Shown here one piece after another: positions 38,301-49,082 of a DNA stretch of 64,000 nt. The notes under the pieces are model-generated. The model was not told the origin of the DNA. It ran no database searches and saw nothing but the letters and a program-made list of their open reading frames with translations. The position numbers were made by a program, and so were the translations under genes. Positions within the stretch are counted from its first letter, which is position 1. The number at the start of each line of letters is the position of its first letter. Source of the DNA: Ascidiella aspersa (Eukaryota); contig OZ004608.1 of the NCBI GenBank assembly GCA_963924565.1, positions 12,710,001 to 12,774,000 of the forward strand. The letters are read 5' to 3'.

Positions 38301-41300
38301 CGGACGACCAGTCGACCACCATTCATTTGAGAAATGAAAACTTTTTTGTTGCGCTGTACGAATCCAATACTGAAGTATGTACTTCTGGGATTTTTCCGGA
38401 AGTGTTCGAAGGTTTTTGAAATAAAACAGACAAACGTGAACACATACGTAAGCCTACAAAGCAACGATATCTTGAGCAGAATAATCTGCAATGCCATAGT
38501 ATTAAGACCAACAGCATAATATCCACGACAGAAGAAGATCTAAAATCGTCTAAACTAAAGATGTCCGATAATATCACATTTTTACTTCGAAAGGTAAATT
38601 TATCAAAAAACGTCACTAACAATGGGATGTAACTTAACTTCTTAAAGCTGAACAAATGTTATCCAATAACACAGGTAAAAATGAATTATCTTTAACTTTT
38701 TAATTCCATCTGTTTGCTTATTAACGACGTCCTTTGGTATCCGATCCGATCGCGATACTTTTTGTCAAAAATATCGGGTATCAGTATCGGAATAAAATGT
38801 GATTCATCGGGCATCCTTGTCCTAATAAGATCTAAACCTGTCGGAATAAGTCCTATACGTTCATTGGAATAAATAACGCCTGAAACTCTAGGGAGGAGGT
38901 ATCGGACGATCGGGGGCCATGGGTCCGGCATCGGCCGTTTTGGTGTCATCGTTTTGGCGTCCTAGTTTAAACGCCGCCGTTGTAGGATCGCAGTTTTGGC
39001 ACCGGATGTTTTGCCTCTATTTGAGATTAGTTTTGGGTAATGGTTGGGTTAGAAGTTGGTTTAGGGTTAAAATTATTGGGGGAGTTAGTAATGAATTAAG
39101 GGGTGGGTTTGTGGTTAGGTAAAAGGTTCTATAGACCATATTCTGGCCCTTTAGGGCTTATTCCGGCGTGTTTATGACTTATTCCTTTTTAGACGTTAGA
39201 CGTTAGTAGGACTATTACTATTAGTCCTGTATTGGTTTTATGAAAAGTGTATGTTTATATATTTTGTTTTTCCAGACAATCAACGAGCTAATTTGTGAAT
39301 GTTTCACCCTATAAAGAACAAACGCTATTATCGATAAACATAGTTCGGGTCACTCAACCGCTATAGGACATCTCACGAAACAAATCGGAAAAAGGTCCCA
39401 TCAAAGGTGGAAAATTGTAACAAACATCTATATACAAATAAAATAAATAAATCATTGATCATGTTTTCTGCTTTGGAATATAGTCACAAATTTATCAGGC
39501 GGTGTCAACAACGATACTGACTAAACAATACCTCTTTTAGAATCTTAAACTTGTAACCATAAATTCGAATATTTTAAACTTTATTATTCTTACAAGCGTA
39601 TCTAAAGCAAATCCCCTGCCAATTTCGTTGATATGACAAAAGTGGCCCATTGCAATTTAACATTGTATTTCGGGTTACATGTATTCAATTTACCGTTGCG
39701 CAGTAAACCGATACATCTACGATTTGTTGCAGGTGAAAGTGGTCTGTAGGTTTGTTTCGATTCGTTTCGGATAAAGGAAAATAAAAACGTTTCATCTGAC
39801 CTTTTACATGTTTCTAGATAACTAAGTAAACGTGCTGAAGTTCAGGGTAAAAATGTGAATGTAATGTTGAGCTGGCTTTCTCGGGTATGGATATGGAAAC
39901 ACCAATTTGCGGTAAGTTCATGTCCTCAGCTTAAAACAGATTTCCTGAATTTTACAGCGTGTAATAAAACGTAAAATATCTGCCTGAACGAAAAGCAGTT
40001 GGTTCTGCTCGCAAAAGAGTGTGTGAGAATGTTGTTGTGGAACAACCCATGGCAAGCAAATATTGCGCTTCTCTCAATGTAACACCGTAACCGAAGTGTT
40101 ACATGTAAGACAAATTAAGACGCGTAAATTAACCAAAACTATCCCGGCGACCAGGACAATTCACAAAGTTTCCCAAGTTGGTAATTTATTTTGACCGACG
40201 AAAGATTAAGCTTCGTTCGCAAATACGCGATTAGCAGCTATATTAAGAGTTCTGAAGGCCCTACCCGAAACTTAATTTTTTTGAAATCCACTTGACCAAA
40301 AACTAACAACTAATCCAGTAAAAAAAATGCCTCTTTTAACTTCTCAACGTAAAACACCTTTATTGTAAAATGATACCCGTCCAGACAGTCTAATTGAATT
40401 TGCGGTGTCAGTTTTAAGAGGTAAAGTGGTAATGATGCCTCATGAGGTAAATGCCAAATAAACATTTGTTGAACGAAACGCACCTTTAAATAAATGCTAA
40501 TAATATCGTTCAGTAATCAAACGGTATTTTCGTAAAAACCTTAAAGCGATGCATAATATCCACAGAAGACCAACTGAGGTGGTTTCACATCATAACCTAG
40601 ATCAGTGGTTCTCAACCTTTTTGTACCCGTGACCCCTTTTTGATGCTTTCAAATATTCGCGGACCCCTTACATTTTTCTGGTGATCACCGAAGTAAGTCT
40701 TAAAACGCGTGATTGTGGTTTTGAAAATGCTAGACCAGGGGTCCGCAACCCAAAATGTTACAACGACTGTGAATCAGGCGGGCGTAAAACGTGTTTAATT
40801 ACATTTAAGGCGGCAGTAAAGGCACAAAGCGCAAATAAATGCGTTTGTTTGGCTCAAAATTCGAATCCATACGTAGTCATTCATATTACCAATGAATAGT
40901 ATAATGAAACAACCTTAAGACCCCCCGATAACTTTGAATAGTTAATCTAGTTGTGTGTTTGTTAACCTTTGTAGGTCGTAAGAATTTCTGGGCGAGCGAA
41001 GCGAGCGCGATTTTTTTTTGTTATACAGGGCATTTCTTTAAAATTAAAATTTTTTGCAAGTTTTTATTTAGACAAAAAAGGTTAAAAAACATATGTCCAA
41101 TATTTTTGAATACGTTTTCCGTTTGTCCGCGACGCAATTCACGGCGCAATGGTAAAGAAGCGCTGATATAAAAAAAATTGATTTTTGCTCTTAGTTAAAA
41201 TCATAGACACCTTAAACAGAAGGACTGGTATCTTCTATGCTCGGTATATGGAACTTGGGTCCCAAGTTGGAACTTGGGTCCCACCATAATTTGTGTCAAA

Positions 41301-44300
41301 TACATGGTAGAACCTTCATTCTGGTGTCTCTTTGGGGGTTTTGAAGGGTGAGGAATTACTTTTTCATACTTTAACCTTCTACCAGGTCATATCAAGGTCA
41401 TTTAAAGGTCAAATCACATAAAAATAGCGCAAAATCACTCAAAATATTGCATATTTTCTCACTTAAACAACTGAAACACACAGTATTACCCTGTGACTGA
41501 ATTAAAATCTATACATGGACAGTTTAGCCTGGATAGTTCAACAGAAATATATCTTAGACGAACAACTTAGTTATTCTTGAAATAACATAATTACAAGTTA
41601 ATATTGCTACAATATATATTTAACATTTTTAGGTAAAAATTGCTAGAACAATGTTATTTCAAGGGACTCATCACAATGAAATTTGAAGAAATGAGTAATC
41701 AAACTACTTGTTGGCATTCTAAAGATACTCGTTCAGTTTTTAGTAGAGGGTTTTTCTTTTCTTCTCAAACAGCCGAGTTGTCTTTCTTTGTCACTGTTGT
41801 CAAGCACAAATTCTTTCAAAAGAATGTCTGATAAAGTAAGACATGAATTACAACATTGGAATATCGATACGAAGCATAGCATGGCTGAGATGAGCTCGGC
41901 AGCAATGCAAGTTGCACTTATCAAACGGTTTATAGGCTGAGTGTACGAAATGTACTGTTGAGAGTAAGAGGACTAGGGGTACAGTTAGTCCACCTCTATT
42001 TAAGTTTGCGAGAAACTCCGAATTAATCCGATGGTCGTCGTCATTTTCAGTTTCGATACGCAAGATATTAGCTCGATATTTGTGTTCCTAATATGCTTCT
42101 GCAGTTTGATTGGTAAGCTTCTGCGTCCGACATCGACCACCTGACCATACACATCGACCACCTGTCACAAGAGGCTATAATGTCACAAGTATCATTAAGT
42201 TTCTTGAAACTAGTGCAGTTCTTGGTCCATGATATTAACGACTCTCATCACGCATGTTAATACCGGAATATCGACCTTTCACATTCATCATGTGAAACCA
42301 ATCAGTGATAAGTTTGACAAAAATGATGGTGTTAATGCCAAGTTTATCCTTTAGAGTTGAAAGAGCAGCAACTGTCTTGTCATTGAAGATCTGGCATACA
42401 AAAGGAACGCTTTGTCTCTGCAAAGGTTTTGGGTACACAGCTGTGTATGTGATCTTGGTAAGACGGATGCTGTTTTTCCGGTCTTCATTGTACAGTGCTT
42501 CTATGTCCTTCCATCGTGCAATATATGTGTTTCCATCTTTTGTGAAGGAAAGTTCCTTAACATGCACCGTTATCAAGTTAATTCTTATATTTTTAAAAGA
42601 ATAAACGTAGTCAAAAACGAGGAAAGCATAAGAATTTATAGCGTCAATAAAGACTGTACCAGGGCCATGTAATTTACCATTACCTGCAACATTTGAATTG
42701 CATTTATCACCTACACAAGAAATTATACTACCACCAGCATTGTTTTCCGCTACTAGAGCTTCCAGTAGAATTTTCTTGAGTTGATCTGAATTAAGTTTTT
42801 TATCAGGGTCGTACCAAAACATCAAAAAAGGGGGTCCTAAATTTCAACTTAGGGAATTCCCCTATCTTCCATCTGACGTTCATGAATAATGACGTCATAA
42901 AACAGTGACAGGATGACGTCATAAAATGGTAGTTGCAAGACGTCATAAACCACTAATCAGAAACAGCCAAAGAACGACCAGCAAAAGCGAACCTTTAGAC
43001 GCAAAGCGAACACGTGCGTCGTCGACAATCCTGCCAGGCGCCAGCTGCGAAATCACAGTGTGCAATCGTTAACTTCAGGCGAAAAAATAAACCAAAACCG
43101 TGAAATATGTTTGATTAATTGTGGTAGAAACATACATAATTCGACTATCAGCAGCGTAGTTTCCTAAGTTCCATGAACGGAACTTACAAGCACGCGTTTC
43201 GCCACCTGCAAGGGGCAAGAGCCCCAACCCCCTTGGATATGCCCCTCGGGGCAATAGATAATAATGTATAATATTTTTAACCTTCATAATAAATACATAT
43301 AACACACTTACAAATATTACTAATAATCGCATTTTGAAATTCCAGGAATTCCAGGGGCAAGTGCCCCCCCCCCCTGCCTCTCTGCCTCCCAATTCACAAT
43401 ATATTTGTGTTAGATCACAATGGAAGTGTTACGTCACACTCAACGCGATTTACAACATATTACAATGTGATTTTATCACTTACCAAGATTGTGATTAAGC
43501 ATGCTTCCCAGCGTTTAAAACGGTATATTTAGACATTTTTGCGGCCCCCTGAAAACCTTTTGCGGACCCCCGGTTGAGAACCACTGACCTAGATGCTTCA
43601 GAGAGTGGCCCTGGAAGCATCTGTCACAGTCGAGGTCGTATTTTGGGGAATCGACCAGTTTAAGCGCACACAACCATCACTTTTCACAAAACTTGCTTCT
43701 CATGACTCTGGATATGTCGCTAATTAAATAACCGACGCGCTTCTTGCACTTCTACAGCATTGGCGATTACGGTTGCTGCTACGCTGCCTTTACGCTCATT
43801 CTACATGTCACGAATTACAGCTCGTCCATTTATTGGGTGGTCGACCGGCAAAACGACCGGACTATGGCCGGTGTGGAATGCGTCGTATGGATGGCTGGGT
43901 CTGTCTTAGTGCATTTCGCAGTCTTTGCTTGTTATCGTTTGCGGCATTTCGTCGCGCAAAAAATACGGCGCGAATTTAAAGCGGGGCTGAAAAGGACTGA
44001 AGACAGTCTAATGACATTCGTGAATCTAAACGCTTATTTGCCATAATCTAAGACTGGAAAATTTTAGTTGATTTCGTCGACCGCTCTGGTATTCGATTCA
44101 CGAACCTGGGTATGAAAATATGAACACTCTGATATCAATATGAAGTTGTTTGTACTATAACGTTTACAACAAGTAATGGTTTTATAGGTGTTTATCGATG
44201 GCTTCGCTCTGAACCTGTGTAGCTTAGTTGGTAGAGCGACTGTTCCGGTACGGATAAAATCGTGATCACCCCACCACAGGCTAGTTGTTTTTGTACAATA

Positions 44301-47300
44301 GCCTCTTGTTTGAATTAAAATGGGTTTAATAATTCAGTCAGCCCTTTGAAGGATCCCGGCTTACTACTATATGTGTTACACAAGGTGCCTTCGGAAAGGA
44401 TTACCGAAATCAGCCTAATCAGGATTTTCGTGCAAGCAAGGCCAGGCTATAGAATCACAAATTATATACATTATGTGTATGAATATTTCGATTGCCGATA
44501 AGTGTTTATTTGTTTTACCATGCCGTCGAGTGTTGTTTTTACATAGTGTTCCTTAACTTTGTTAAGTCGCCATGTTTCATTACATTAAGACTTTCTTTTC
44601 TTTCTTCTTTTTTCTTTTTTTTAAAGCGATGTGTGCAACTAATAAAATGCAAAACAACAGCAACCTGAGGTCTCCAACTTTCCAGCAGTCGCTCCTTTGC
44701 TTAGCGAAAGTTATCCAATGCAGCATCGGCAGCTCTCTGCAGTTCAGCGTTTGCGCAGCGCCCACACATATGACTTCGGGGGGGTTTCCCGCTCTCTACT
44801 GGGCGACATGTGTTTAAGCTGGAGAGCTACAGGCGTTGACCGATGGCTGGGCACGTGACAGTTCTTAAGCAGGTCATCTCTGCAAGCTTAACGCACCGCC
44901 GGGCGCCTGCGCACAAACCTAAAGCCTTCGTAGATGACGAGAGATAGCGCGAGAGGCGAACGTCGAGGCCCATAAAGCAACGCACGCAATCGCGAAGTAC
45001 GGAATGCGGTAGAGGAAAATTCCGTAGATTTTGCAGACTGCGAACGATGCGACTGACATGTGACGAAAATCATCCGAAATGGTCCAGCGCTGATTGATTT
45101 TGAATTGATAATCACCTCATTTATATAGTCCAGTAATGATTGACCCGCTTCTATTTTATGGGAAAAGTCAAATTCAGTGTGCGATCTAACTTTTGAGTTA
45201 AGTACAGATGTCACCGTTAGGTTGTTGTACACCAATAAACCATGGCAAACAACAACTATACTGCGGCGACGTCGTGTTAATGCCCCCTGCCCGTGAGAAA
45301 TAAGAAACGCCTTGGAAACAAAAGAGTCGCCTATATGTAAAAACCTATTTTTTTAAGTTTATAACCGAAATGCTGTTTTAATCTACAAAACAAGCACAAT
45401 ATTTTCCTACTTTTCAATGTTTGTTCATGGAAATAAAATATTTATAAGTCCAATTCAAAATGCAGTTCAAAATGCACCTGCGTTCGCATTCCGAAACAGG
45501 CGCCAAACCAGCAAAAGAGTGTATATAACAATTTCCAAGGCTTGCCATATAACCACGTTTACAAAACAAATATACGGCGGGAAGTGGTGCTGTTCAGCAG
45601 TTTTCTTATCTGAAGTTCAATCTAAAACTATGAGGTTTTTCTGGAATAATTATTATCGTACGCATGATTCTCCTATTTAATTTCGTGTATAATTTTAACA
45701 ATCTTCGGCGTAACTGATATATCACTTTTTGCCAGTTGGACAACAGTGCCATACCGAATGTGATAAACGCATACACTAAGATATCAAATACTTTGTCGGT
45801 TCAATATAATATCCACCCCAATAGACTGATAAAAATATGACGACAAACCTCGACATTGAGTCAATATAAGTAATTGCCATTTCTGAAAAAAACTTATTGT
45901 CACCTTACTTCGTTATACCAATATGGCAATTATAGGATGTGGTCGGGAAACAAAACCATATACTTAACGAGATTCGCCCACATCGGGTGTAATTACGCCC
46001 CGAAAAGATCCGATTTTGTTGCTGCGATGTCACCTTGCGGTAACACGTCGGATAAAATAAGTTAATTATAAGAGAATGGAGGACTAACCAACTAGACAAG
46101 GTCCGTCGTGCTGCTTCTGGAGTCCCCGTTTTCGTCCGCTTGCTCTCCTGAATTGGCACGGATTCGAGTAAGTTCGGTCGTCGCTTCCGCATATCACAGT
46201 GTTGTCTGCGCACGCGCAGTACGAGTCGGACTCCCCCGACCCGACTTCGTTAGGGGGGACCGGCACGCACTCGAGACCTCGTCCGCACTCTCCGAACCTG
46301 TACGAAAAAGGTATAATTTGTGTTTCCTGCGGGAGTTCAAGAAAAAAAGTTCCAAGGCGGACCCCAAAACGTCATAAGGGCAAAATGTGAGTTGGTTGGA
46401 TACAAATATTATCTCGTGAAGTGTCCCATACGTGAAAACCGGCGGGTATAAACTTACCGAACGACACTTTTCCGCGGGCGAAAAACAGAAGCAATTTTTT
46501 TGTCAAACATTTTTTTTTAACTGGAGAAACGGAGAAGAAATACCACACACGTTTTTTTGCGAAACTGGTGATTTTGAAATATAGGTAAGGTAAGCATACA
46601 AGACTGAATGCACATTATCCATAATAAAACTGATAAGTTTATCGTATTTGCCTCCAGCAGTTTATTAGGGACAATTGTCAAGTTATGTTATTAACGAAAA
46701 AAGTATGCCGTTTTTTTTAATTTCCTTATACCTATAGTATGCCCCAAGCTAAAAAAAGTTTTCGAACCACTGATATTAGGGGACTATAAGGGAACTGAGG
46801 TATGTACTTTCACACAGTTGTATACTGTTTGCCATATACCCAATGTATTTTGCCTTAACCTTCACTCTTCCGAATAGTCTCTTTGTGTTAAGTCAATTTC
46901 CCTTATTATAATACGACCTGACCGTGGGCACAATACTTGACCATCCCGCTATTGTGCACCTATAGAGTCAGGAGCGCGCAAAATACTCGCGTTTAAACGC
47001 AAAACACAGCATATAGCCCGCCAAAGACCCTTGCTTGCATGGTATACCTGAAGGCCTGCTCGGGCATGTCGCACGGCGTGTCCTCCAGGTTGCCGCACAC
47101 GTAGCAGCAGTCGCAGGCGTCCCTTATCAGTCCGCTGGGGCAGTTGGCGGGCGGCTCCTCGCATTGCTCCGGTTCGCAGTCGCCGCACGACGTTGTCCAG
47201 TCGAAGAGCAGCGGATGCCTGCGCGCGAGATTCGTCGATTATTACAAAACGCGGGATTGGGCAGCCATAGCAGGACGCGAAAACACAGGTGATAATGACA

Positions 47301-49082
47301 AACGGTCGGCATTGACCGCCTTTTTTTCTTGAACTTACCGTTATAGACCTAATATAAATATCGGTGTGTTACTTAACCGCAGTGGTTCTCAACCGGGGTG
47401 CCGCGGCGCCTTGGTGTACCATTTGTAATGCTCAAGGGTATACCGATAGGTACTTGACAATTTTTAAGAATCTGATTTTTGCAATTGGTAAGTTTCTTGA
47501 TACAACTATTTGTGTACGTTTAGAGACCATTGTATTAAATGACATTTTTCTACATGTTTTAAGTTGAATGTGTTGTTCCTTCAGTAAAACACTCAAGAAA
47601 AATTCCAGTGGGGGTGCCGTAAATCTATTTATTATTTTTAAGCGGTGCTGTAAGCCATAAAAGGTCGAGAATCAATGATTTAGCTCGTTTATCGTGGGTT
47701 GTATTACTAAATAAAATACCTTAATCGTGTTAAAGTTTATATCTAAATTGGAGTATTCCAGTGAGACGTTACAGGAATATCAAAGCCCATACATAAGCAG
47801 GTAGCATTTTGAACGTTTGGAATAACTCTGTTTTTTGTATTCAACATCAATTTAAATGCAAAAGTGTGCTAAAACACAAAAGTTTCGAGTACAATAAAAT
47901 AAATACAAAAACGCAGTTTTGTGAACCCAAACTGAAACTATTACATAATAAATAATGGTAAATAGTATACGTACTTTGTATCTCTCTCTTGTTACTATTC
48001 ATTAATTCTCACCTTTTTATTATACTGTTTGTATACAAAAGTTAAAACAAACTTCAAGTTCGTTTAAATACTTGCTTATCTATAATTTTGGTTTTAGTTC
48101 AGAACTTCGCTAAACCCTTTTTACTTACAAATCGACAATAATTGTAAAAAGAAAGTAGCCTATTGTTCTGTGTGTTTCTCTTAAGCCTTGTGGAAGTACA
48201 CATGCTTATCACCTTAAATAAATTGGCACTTGCCAGACAGGTGAAACGCCCTGCAATATAAACTGTGGTTTTTCAAGCCGGTGAACACGACCTTCGAATT
48301 GCCCATGGCGATATTTGTATATTGGAACGAAGCAAGCATTATTCCATGATGAAATCATATTGCTGCTGGTATAGAAACCGGTCATTTTATCTACCAAACA
48401 AACTGGCTCTATTTTATGTTTGTTTTACTCCGTTTGAGGACATTCCTTATAATTGGTTTTAGGTCAGAATCACCGAGTAATAATACAGTGTTAAATTATC
48501 CTGTTAAAATCAATTCACTGTAATTGTCGTTATACAACACACCAAGGGTTAATAAATTTCATTTACCGCGGACTTTTATTTTTTTTTGCTTCGCGTTAAC
48601 CACGGTAGGCAGAAAATTTCAAAAAGGACGTTATAAATTGACGTCACAATACAAAAGACTACATAAATCTGCTGATTTCGGTCAAAAGAGTGAAAGTGGA
48701 ATGAAGTCAAAATACTCCGTTATATTTGTAATTAAACTGATTTCTATGACAAATTGATTACATCTTAAATATACACTAATAATAATCAATCAAGCCTTTA
48801 TGGACCCCCTAAAACTAGTTCACGGACCCCAAAGGCGTTCACGTACCCCAGTTTAAGAACCCCCGTAACACACCTTTTAGCTGATTGCTGTCGAACTTGT
48901 TTAGGTTGGCCGTCGCTGCTTGTACCGTTTGGCCACGTGTTTCGAATCCGATGCGTTAAGCCCGCAGCCGTGTCTGTGAGCTTTCTGTTGTGTGGTGGGC
49001 TGGAGGACGCCCCGGCAATAAATATCGCCAACATGATCAGGAAAATACTTCCAAGCCAGACGAACTGGGAACGTGCTGACAT
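32326..49082 (-). CDS. KAZALD1: KAZALD1-like / IGFBP-related protein (signal peptide, IGFBP N-terminal domain, Kazal, Ig I-set, acidic tail), about 374 aa
   Basis: Minus-strand exons 49082-48874 (MSARSQFVWLGSIFLIMLAIFIAGASS..AKR), 47218-47048 (CGDCEPEQC..CPSGLIRDACDCCYVCGNLEDTPCD), 46297-46089 (FGECGRGLEC..CAC..ICGSDDRTYSNPC..HDGPC), 33886-33726 and 33330-33186 (Ig: YSCSVSGYPLAWFEW..IRSGPLKYQVTSWLEI..GSYQCIAKN), 32555-32326. Phases are consistent; 1125 nt. Motifs resemble vertebrate KAZALD1 (RDACGCC..NLEG, GPQRFEVTGWLQI). Confidence 0.88.
40603..43586. mobile_element. Non-autonomous hAT element (about 3 kb) with nested inserts
   Basis: TIRs cagtggttctcaacc / ggttgagaaccactg; perfect 8-bp TSD acctagat at 40595-40602 and 43587-43594. 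Confidence 0.9.
41700..42825 (-). mobile_element. P-element/THAP9-type transposase relic
   Basis: ORF 42235..42825 has ISCVGDK..N, FDYVYSFKNIR, YPKPLQRQSV..IF and WFHMMNVK; the downstream fragment has NLNRGGLTVP. Broken by stops and frameshifts, and the expected His of the D..H..KN motif reads Tyr. Confidence 0.75.
44213..44250 (+). repeat. tRNA-derived SINE-like head remnant
   Basis: gtagcttagttggtagagcg resembles a tRNA A-box/D-arm; no intact B box or cloverleaf follows. Confidence 0.4.
47380..47677. mobile_element. hAT-type MITE, degenerate
   Basis: cagtggttctcaacc ... ggtcgagaatcaatg. Confidence 0.6.

Larger units (their letters stand above)
40566..44046 (+). pseudogene. Rolling stone-like paralog terminal exon, pseudogenised and split by a hAT insertion, nested antisense in KAZALD1-like intron 3
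   Basis: Joining 40566-40602 to 43595-44046 gives EDQLRWFHIIT*MLQRVALEASVTVEVVFWGI..(frameshift)..NLLLMTLDMSLIK*PTRFLHFY..YAAFTLILH..SSSIY..GSVLVHFAVFACYRLR. This is collinear with the intact exon at 61521-62014 (GEGELRWFHIINWIFQAVALDVAITVVVLFWAL..PTRLLHVY..GSVIVHSIVFGLYQLR). The 20-mer ctgaggtggtttcacatcat is identical in both. Confidence 0.85.

Noticed and set aside
42890-42950. Repeated TGACGTCA (CRE-like) motifs
   Set aside because: Inside the transposon composite, and similar gacgtca words recur across the window; no evidence of function.
44213-44300. tRNA gene
   Set aside because: Only an A-box-like 5' part; no T-arm/B box or acceptor-stem pairing.
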